Assembly: GCF_000284115.1 (NCBI RefSeq)
Contig: NC_017080.1
Coordinates: 1,440,001-1,472,000, forward strand
From: Phycisphaera mikurensis NBRC 102666
GTDB lineage: Bacteria; Planctomycetota; Phycisphaerae; Phycisphaerales; Phycisphaeraceae
DNA: 32,000 nt
Reading direction: 5' to 3'
Positions 25,898 through 32,000 of the stretch are shown in pieces (position 1 is the stretch's first letter; each line of letters opens with the position of its first letter). Below the pieces are notes generated by a model, which worked only from the letters and a program-made list of their open reading frames with translations, ran no database searches and was not told the DNA's origin. The position numbers and the translations under genes were made by a program.

Positions 25898-27600
25898 TCG
25901 GCCCTCAGCGCCTCCACCGGGTCCTCGGCCGACGCCCGCAGCGCCGGCACCACCGCACCCAGCACGCTGGAGACCACCGCGCCCAGCGCGATCAGCACCA
26001 CCTCGGCGGCGTCCAGGTTCGTGGGGATCGTGTCGAAGAAGTAGGTCTTGGGGTCCCACATCACGAAGCGGTACGCGGCGTTGAGCCGCTGGGCGTACCC
26101 CCCGCGGAAGAGCACGAGCCCCAGCGCCGGGAGGAAGAGCAGCAGCGCCCCGCCGGGCACCAGCCGCCGCAGCCACCACGCCATCGCCTGGCGGACGAAG
26201 CCGATCGCCACCGCCAGCGTCCCGCCCGCCGCGGCCCCGACCCCCAGCGCCCCCACGAGCAGCCCGGTGACGCCCAGGTACGTCGCGAGGAAGTGCTGGA
26301 TCGCGTTGAGCTGCAGCACGACCGCGACCGCCAGCGCCACGCCCGCGGCCGCCCCGACCACACCCACCGCCAGGCCGTAGCCCAGGAACAGCCCGAGGAC
26401 GCCCGAGCGGGCCGCCCCGATGGCGCGGAGCACGCCGATGTCGCGGGTCTTGGCGAGCACGATCATGTAGAAGGTCGTCGCGACCATCACCACGGCCACG
26501 CCGCTGATGACGACGAACAAGAAGGTGACCATGCCCTTCTCGTTCTGCACCGCGCCGATGAGCTGGCCGTGCATCTCGACCCAGGTGTAGGTGAGCGGGG
26601 GCACCCCGGCGTCCCGCTCGCGGCGGAGCGCATCCCAATGGTCCCCGACGAGCTCGGCGACGCGGCGGCGTGCCCCGCCGAGCTCGGCGTCGTCGTCGGT
26701 GTCGATCGCGTCGGCGAGCTTCACGATCACCTGCGTCACGCGGCCGGACACCCGCACCCGCTCGCCGCCGAGCCCGGTCAGCGGGTCGAAGCCGGCGACG
26801 CCCTCGAACGGGGCCATCTGCAGGGCCCGCTGCAGCACGCCCAGCGGCACCATGACCGTGCCGGAGTCCACCTCGTACAGCCCGCTCTTGAAGTCGTTGG
26901 CGACCGCCAGCGGCACGCGGACCGGCTCGTAGCTGCCCGGCGTGCCGCGCTCGTTGAGCGGGACGAGCGTGAGCGTGAATTCGCGACCGACCCAGCTGGT
27001 GCCGAAGCCGTACACGCCCGCGTCGTCGCGCCGGTTCCCGCCGTGGACCTCCACCCCGGTGATCGCGCCGGCCACCGGCGCGGGCGCGTCCGCGGTCGCC
27101 GGACCCGGGTCGGTCGGGAAGGGCGGGTCCAGCGCCCCGCCGAGCCCCGCCGGCGCCGGCGGCTCGTAGAAGCCGTATGAAGCGAGTTCCTCCCGCCGCT
27201 GCTGGACCTCCTCCTCGCTCCAGACCAGCCGCTCCTCCAGCCCCACCACCTCGTCGAAGGCGGGGAAGTCGACGCCTTGGACCTGCACGGGCTTGAAGAC
27301 GCCGCCGAGGTTCAGCAGCCCGAACCAGCGGATCGAAGGCGTCGCGCTCGCGACGATCTCGTCCTCCTCCAGCGCCTCGATCAGCCCCTCGTACCCGCTG
27401 AAACCGCCGTAGGGGTTGTACGCCTCGATCACCAGGTCGCCGGTGATCGCGTGGGCCGCCCGCTTCAGCTCCGTCAGGAACCCGCCCATCACCGAGATGA
27501 CGATGATCACCATCGCCGTGCACAGCGTCACCGCCAGCGCCGCCAGCAGCGGCGCGAGCTGGCGGCGGAGGTAGGCGAAGATGAGGGCGAGGAGGTACAT
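25894..27600 (-). CDS. LolC/LolE- or MacB-like FtsX-domain permease
   Basis: LLAALAVTLCTAMVIIVISVMGGFLTELKRAAHAITGDLVI and C-terminal VVISGVAVVMVATTFYMIVLAKTRDIGVLRAIGAARSGVLGLFLGYG. Start at 27600 or 27612. Confidence 0.85.
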   Translation of the reverse strand: MYLLALIFAYLRRQLAPLLAALAVTLCTAMVIIVISVMGGFLTELKRAAHAITGDLVIEAYNPYGGFSGYEGLIEALEEDEIVASATPSIRWFGLLNLGGVFKPVQVQGVDFPAFDEVVGLEERLVWSEEEVQQRREELASYGFYEPPAPAGLGGALDPPFPTDPGPATADAPAPVAGAITGVEVHGGNRRDDAGVYGFGTSWVGREFTLTLVPLNERGTPGSYEPVRVPLAVANDFKSGLYEVDSGTVMVPLGVLQRALQMAPFEGVAGFDPLTGLGGERVRVSGRVTQVIVKLADAIDTDDDAELGGARRRVAELVGDHWDALRRERDAGVPPLTYTWVEMHGQLIGAVQNEKGMVTFLFVVISGVAVVMVATTFYMIVLAKTRDIGVLRAIGAARSGVLGLFLGYGLAVGVVGAAAGVALAVAVVLQLNAIQHFLATYLGVTGLLVGALGVGAAAGGTLAVAIGFVRQAMAWWLRRLVPGGALLLFLPALGLVLFRGGYAQRLNAAYRFVMWDPKTYFFDTIPTNLDAAEVVLIALGAVVSSVLGAVVPALRASAEDPVEALRAE

Positions 27601-27608
27601 GGGGCGGG

Positions 27609-27786
27609 GCATCCGCTGCGCGGATCAAGCAAAGAAGCGAGGAAGCGAAGAAGAGGGAGAGTCAGACAAGCCGTCGGGGCTTCGCCTGCCACACCGAGGA
27701 GACGCTACCGGTGCCGACTGCTTCACTTGCTGACTTCTTCGCTTCTTCGCTTCTCCGCTTCCTCGCTCGATCCGCGCAGCGGATGC
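27609..27786. repeat. GAAGC/GCTTC inverted element, copy 2, with perfect 18-bp ends
   Basis: GCATCCGCTGCGCGGATC (27609-27626) and exact reverse complement GATCCGCGCAGCGGATGC (27769-27786), with AAAGAAGCGAGGAAGCGAAGAAG and CTTCTTCGCTTCTTCGCTTCTCCGCTTCCTCGC inside. Confidence 0.9.
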
Positions 27787-29405
27787 GTCCCCACCGGCTT
27801 CATCAGCGGAAACGCCAGTACATCCCGGATCGAGCTCTTGTTCGTCAGCAGCATCACCAGGCGGTCGATGCCGATGCCCAGGCCGCCGGCGGGCGGCATG
27901 CCGACCTTCAGGGCGTCGAGGAAGTCCAGGTCCAGGTTGCGGAAGGTGTTCTCCTCCGCATCGCCGCCGAGCTGCTCGCGGAAGTTCGCTTCCTGCACGT
28001 CGGGGTCGTTGAGCTCGGTGTAGGCGTTGGCGAGCTCCATGCCGGCGACGAACAGCTCGAAGCGCTCGGCGATCGTCGGGTCGTCGGGCTTCCGCTTCGT
28101 CAGCGGGCACAGGCTGGCGGGGTACTCCACGACGAAGGTCGGCTGGATGAGGTGCTTCTCGACGGTCTCCTCCCACAGCGCGTTGAGCAGCACGTCGGGG
28201 TGGACGCCGCCGGTCTGCAGGCCCAGGGCTCTGGCCTTGGCCAGGACGCGGGCGGCGCCCTTCTCGCCGCGGGCGTCCCAGCCGTTGTGCTCGGCGAAGA
28301 GGTCGTGGTAGCTCGCCCGGCGGAAGGCGCCGAAGTCGATCTCGTGGTCGCCGTAGGGCCGCTTCAGCGAGCCGAGCACCTCGCCGGCGAGGTGCTCGAC
28401 GAGGCCCTGGGTGTGGTGGAGGATGCTTTCGAGGTCGCCGTAGGCCTCGTAGAGCTCGAGCATCGTGAACTCGGGGTTGTGGCTGCGGTCCACGCCCTCG
28501 TTGCGGAAGTTGCGGTTGATCTCGAAGACCCTCGGCAGGCCGCCCACGAGCAGGCGCTTGAGGTACAGCTCCGGGGCGATCCGCAGGAACAGCTCCAGGT
28601 CCAGCGCGTTGTGGTGGGTGACGAAGGGCCGGGCCGCGGCGCCGCCGGGCACGGGCTGCATCATCGGGGTCTCGACCTCGAGGAAGCCGCGGCCCTCGAA
28701 GAAGTCGCGGGTCGCCTTGATGAGCCTCGACCGCGTCTGCAGCGTCGCGAGGCCCTCGGGGTTGCTCCAGAGGTCGACGTGCCGGCGCCGGTACCGCTGC
28801 TCGGGATCGGTGAGGCCGTGGAACTTGCCCGGCGGGAGCGCGAGGCTCTTGGTGAGCAGGCGGAAGGTGAGCCCGCCGGTGGGGTCCTCCCGGTGCTCGA
28901 TGCCGACGGAGGACGCGTCCGGATCGGCGGAGGGGTCGCCGCCGGGCCCGGCCCAGACCGTCACCTCGCCGGTCTTGGTCTGCGCCAGCGGACCCCGCGC
29001 CGCGACGAGGTCCGCGAGGTCGACCAGCTTCGCGACCTTGAAGGCCTCCGGCCCGACCGCCTTCTTCGAGACCGCCACCTGCAGGTCCACCCCGGAGTGG
29101 TCCCGCAGCGACAGGAAGAGCAGGTTGCCCATCAGCCGCTGCTGCACCACGCGGCCCGCGACGGCGACGATCGGCCGGTCGTCGCCGGAGGCGGGATCCT
29201 CCTTGAACCAGCGATCGGCCTCGGCGTCGTACAGCGCCCGGGCGGCGGCGAGCGAGACGAGCCCGTCCTGCCGCGTGCCGAAGGGGTCGATCCCGTGCTC
29301 GCTCCGGAGCTTGTCGAGCTTGGCCCGCCGGGCGGCCAGCAGCTCCTCGGTGGAAGCGGAGGAGGCGTTGGGCGGCGGAGCGGTTCTCGGGGGGTCGGGG
29401 TTCAT
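27723..29405 (-). CDS. lysS: Lysyl-tRNA synthetase, class II
   Basis: RRRHVDLWSNPEGLATLQTRSRLIKATRDFFEGRGFLEVETPMMQPVPGGAAARPFVTHHNALD, RVFEINRNFRNEG, GMPPAGGLGIGIDRLVMLLTN. C-terminus and stop lie in the repeat. Confidence 0.97.
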   Translation of the reverse strand: MNPDPPRTAPPPNASSASTEELLAARRAKLDKLRSEHGIDPFGTRQDGLVSLAAARALYDAEADRWFKEDPASGDDRPIVAVAGRVVQQRLMGNLLFLSLRDHSGVDLQVAVSKKAVGPEAFKVAKLVDLADLVAARGPLAQTKTGEVTVWAGPGGDPSADPDASSVGIEHREDPTGGLTFRLLTKSLALPPGKFHGLTDPEQRYRRRHVDLWSNPEGLATLQTRSRLIKATRDFFEGRGFLEVETPMMQPVPGGAAARPFVTHHNALDLELFLRIAPELYLKRLLVGGLPRVFEINRNFRNEGVDRSHNPEFTMLELYEAYGDLESILHHTQGLVEHLAGEVLGSLKRPYGDHEIDFGAFRRASYHDLFAEHNGWDARGEKGAARVLAKARALGLQTGGVHPDVLLNALWEETVEKHLIQPTFVVEYPASLCPLTKRKPDDPTIAERFELFVAGMELANAYTELNDPDVQEANFREQLGGDAEENTFRNLDLDFLDALKVGMPPAGGLGIGIDRLVMLLTNKSSIRDVLAFPLMKPVGTHPLRGSSEEAEKRRSEEVSK

Positions 29406-29454
29406 GAGGCTCTCGGGGCGGCGCAGGGCGCAGCAGAACGGGCCCGGCGGTCAC

Positions 29455-29502
29455 GCCGCGGACCGAGCCGGATTCCGTCGGATTCCGTCGACGGTCCGCG
29501 GC
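29455..29502. repeat. CCGCGGACCG palindrome, copy E
   Basis: GCCGCGGACCG (29455-29465) and CGGTCCGCGGC (29492-29502), with tandem GGATTCCGTC x2 between, in the rplS-lysS gap. Confidence 0.65.
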
Positions 29503-29531
29503 CGAGCGACCGCGGGCGTCCCGCCACGCGG

Positions 29532-29966
29532 TCAGGCGTTGGGCGTGCCGGTCGCGGCGTGCTCGCCGGCACCGACGGACTCCTTCTGGCCCGGGTTCGG
29601 GCCCGGACGCAGGCCCAGGTTCCGCCGCTTGTCCCGCAGGCGACGCTTCTTGCCGAGCCGGTCGCGGAGGTAGTACAGGCGGGCCCGGCGGGTGTCGCCG
29701 CTGCGGACGACCTCGACCTTGGCGATCTTCGGCGAGTGCATCGGGAAGATCCGCTCGACCCCCTCGTTGGCGACGATGCGGCGGACCAGCATGGTGCGGG
29801 TGAGACCGCGGCCCTGGATCTTCATCACCACGCCCTGGAAGACCTGGATCCGCTCCTTGCCCTCGATGATGCGGACGTGGACGTCGATCGTGTCGCCGAC
29901 GGAGATCTCCGGGAGGTCGGTCCGCAGCTGGGACTTCTCGACGGCGGCGAGGAGGGCATCGCTCAT
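29532..29966 (-). CDS. rplS: 50S ribosomal protein L19
   Basis: PEISVGDTIDVHVRIIEGKERIQVFQGVVMKIQGRGLTRTMLVRRIVANEGVERIFPMHSPKIAKVEVVRSGDTRRARLYYLRDRLGKKRRLRDKR. Confidence 0.96.
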   Translation of the reverse strand: MSDALLAAVEKSQLRTDLPEISVGDTIDVHVRIIEGKERIQVFQGVVMKIQGRGLTRTMLVRRIVANEGVERIFPMHSPKIAKVEVVRSGDTRRARLYYLRDRLGKKRRLRDKRRNLGLRPGPNPGQKESVGAGEHAATGTPNA

Positions 29967-30185
29967 GGTGCGCTTCGGGGTGGGGGCCGTCGTCGCGACG
30001 ACCGGTCGGGGGGGTCAGAAAAGCCGCGTCGCGCCTTGGAGGCCGCGTCGGGGGCGAGAGGATACAGCAAGAGCGTCGGCACTGCACCGGCCGCCTCCTG
30101 CGAAGGTGTCAGGTACATTCACCGCGACGCCGCGGCGCGCCCGACGTCCTGGAGGACGCTCCTTCCCTCCGCCCGGGTGGTGGCT

Positions 30186-30968
30186 TCAGCCGCCGGTCAT
30201 GAAGCTGGGGTAGCAGGTCATCCCGCCGTCCACGTAGACGCTGGTTCCCGCGACGTAGTCGCCCGCGGGGGAGCAGAGCGCGACGACCATGTCGCCGACC
30301 TCTTCGGCGTTGCCGACGCGCCCGCTGGGGATCTTGGACAGGAGGTCGTTGTGGGCCGCCTCGTCGAGGTGTTTGTGGCTCTTCGTGTTGGTCTTGATGG
30401 CGCCCGGGGCGATGCAGAAGGCGCGGACGCCCGAGTCGGCCAGCTCCAGGGTCATCGACTGCGTCATCGCGGCGACCGCCGCCTTCGCGGCGCAGTAGGG
30501 CGTGTAGCCGGACCAGGGCACCTTGTCGTGGACGCTGGTGATGTTGCAGATCACGCCGTGGCCGCGGCCGATCATCCGCGGCACCGCGGAGCGGCAGGCG
30601 TGGATGACGCCGTGGAAGTTGATGTCGAGCACCCGGCGGATCTCCGCGGGATCCATCTCCCAGAGCAGCCCCCGGTGGCCGTCGACGCCGGCGTTGTTCA
30701 CGAGGATGTCGATCCCGCCCCAGGCTTCGTCGAGCTTCCGGAACATCGCGATCACCTGCGCCTCCTCCGCGATGTCGCTGCTCTCGTGCCAGCACCGGCG
30801 CCCGAAGCCCTCGATGAGGTCCGCGGTCTCGGCGGCGCCCGCGTCGTCGCCGAGGTGGTTGAAGGCGACGTCGGCGCCGGCGCGGGCGGCGGAGCGGGCG
30901 ATGGCCTGGCCGATCCCGGCGCTGCCGCCGGTGACGAGGACCCTTCGGTTCTTCAGCGAGGTATGCAC
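30186..30968 (-). CDS. Short-chain dehydrogenase/reductase (glucose 1-dehydrogenase / FabG-like)
   Basis: RRVLVTGGSAGIGQAIARSAARAGADVAFNH, ILVNNAGVDG, GYTPYCAAKAAVAAMTQSM, GNAEEVGDMVVALCSPAGDYVAGTSVYVDGGMTCYP. Confidence 0.94.
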   Translation of the reverse strand: MHTSLKNRRVLVTGGSAGIGQAIARSAARAGADVAFNHLGDDAGAAETADLIEGFGRRCWHESSDIAEEAQVIAMFRKLDEAWGGIDILVNNAGVDGHRGLLWEMDPAEIRRVLDINFHGVIHACRSAVPRMIGRGHGVICNITSVHDKVPWSGYTPYCAAKAAVAAMTQSMTLELADSGVRAFCIAPGAIKTNTKSHKHLDEAAHNDLLSKIPSGRVGNAEEVGDMVVALCSPAGDYVAGTSVYVDGGMTCYPSFMTGG

Positions 30969-31222
30969 GGGCGCACTAAAGGCGGGGGAGCGGGCCGCGC
31001 GTGCCCTGCCGCCGGCGGGCGGAGCGGGTCGGGCGAGGCGGGGGCGGGCTCAAGCCGCCCGGTGTGCGGTTCCCTCCGCGTCGACCCGCCGCCGTCCGGC
31101 TCCACTTGACGCGGCTCCCGCTTTCGGGGAGCCTCCCTGCGCGCCGCCCGGTGTTCCGGGCGGCGTCGCGCACTGGAGGCTCCTCCGCGGCACCCGCCGC
31201 GGCCATCGCGGTGCGACCTCCC

Positions 31223-32000
31223 ATGCGGCGGGCGGGCCGGTCGGCCCGCGCGTCGCCGCACCCAAGGACCGCCTTGCGCTTCGACGACTTCGCCCTGTCC
31301 CCCGCCCTCCTGAGGAACGTGGCGGAGGCCGGCTACCAGACGCCCTCGCCCATCCAGGCCGAGGCCATCCCGCACGTGCTCGGCGGCCGCGACGTGCTCG
31401 GCTGCGCCCAGACCGGGACGGGGAAGACCGCCGCGTTCGCGCTGCCGATCATCCACCGCATCACCTCCGCGGAGCGGCACGGCGGCAAGCGGACCCGCTG
31501 CCTCGTGCTCTGCCCCACCCGGGAGCTCGCCGTGCAGATCGCCGACGGCTTCCTCGGCTACGCCCGCGGGATGGACCTCTCCGGCGCGCTGGTCTTCGGC
31601 GGCGTCGGCCCCAACCCGCAGATCGCCAAGCTCAAGCGCGGGGCCGAGGTGGTGGTCGCCACGCCGGGCCGGCTGCTGGACCTCATGAACCAGGGCTTCG
31701 CCGACCTCTCCGCGGTCGAGACGCTGGTCCTCGACGAGGCCGACCGCATGCTGGACATGGGCTTCATCCACGACATCCGCAGAATCGTCAAGGAGCTGCC
31801 CGGCAAGCGGCAGACGCTGCTGTTCTCGGCGACGGTCCCCACCGAGATCCGCACGCTGGCGCGGAAGCTCCTGCACGACCCGGTGACGATCACCATCGAG
31901 CCGGATGCGCCCGCGGCCGAGAAGGTCGACCAGAGCGTCCGCTTCGTGGAGCACGGCGGCAAGGCGGACCTGCTCGCCGGGCTCATCCGGGGCAGCGCGG
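31223..32000 (+). CDS. DEAD-box RNA helicase, 5' portion (cut by window end)
   Basis: In-frame translation from ATG 31223: LRFDDFALSPALLRNVAEAGYQTPSPIQAEAIPHVLGGRDVLGCAQTGTGKTAAFALPII...PTRELAVQ...TPGRLLDLM...VLDEADRMLDMGF...LLFSAT. Absent from the ORF track because it has no stop in the window. Confidence 0.95.
   Translation, partial: MRRAGRSARASPHPRTALRFDDFALSPALLRNVAEAGYQTPSPIQAEAIPHVLGGRDVLGCAQTGTGKTAAFALPIIHRITSAERHGGKRTRCLVLCPTRELAVQIADGFLGYARGMDLSGALVFGGVGPNPQIAKLKRGAEVVVATPGRLLDLMNQGFADLSAVETLVLDEADRMLDMGFIHDIRRIVKELPGKRQTLLFSATVPTEIRTLARKLLHDPVTITIEPDAPAAEKVDQSVRFVEHGGKADLLAGLIRGSA

Noticed and set aside
25097-27628. 843-aa ORF containing LolD
   Set aside because: Only the C-terminal part from GTG 25897 is ABC ATPase; the rest is an off-frame reading of the permease gene.
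27711-31109. 1132-aa plus-strand ORF opposite lysS, rplS and the SDR gene
   Set aside because: Antisense to three well-supported genes; begins in repeat sequence.

Overview
High-GC bacterial chromosomal window. Gene content and dispersed repeats suggest a planctomycete, possibly Phycisphaera-like (inference only). From left to right it holds a urea ABC transporter locus (urtA, a fused urtB-urtC ORF, urtD, urtE), a frameshifted Uma2-like gene, ureD, a divergent PhyH-dioxygenase/AraC-regulator pair, a fused urease gamma-beta gene (ureAB) with no ureC in the window, dnaK, radA, a secreted GH10-like protein that seems to lack a catalytic motif, an App1/DUF2183-type phosphatase, glyS (single-chain glycyl-tRNA synthetase), a DUF547-like lipoprotein, an XRE-family regulator, rsmH, tRNA-Leu(CAG), tRNA-Leu(UAG), tRNA-Phe(GAA), pyrF, an uncertain hypothetical gene, a lolD/lolC-type ABC exporter pair, lysS, rplS, an SDR oxidoreductase and the 5' part of a DEAD-box helicase. 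The strongest non-coding signals are a 150-bp MITE-like element with 24-bp terminal inverted repeats (24947-25096), GAAGC/GCTTC hairpin elements next to glyS and lysS, two copies of a CACAGAG-type hairpin repeat bracketing urtBC, a dispersed CCGCGGACCGC palindrome family, and an 18-bp direct repeat with 21-bp period upstream of ureAB. I found no convincing CRISPR array, phage or defense system. No wholly new multi-gene system is clearly supported; the best leads are the urea/urease locus architecture and the mobile-like repeats.
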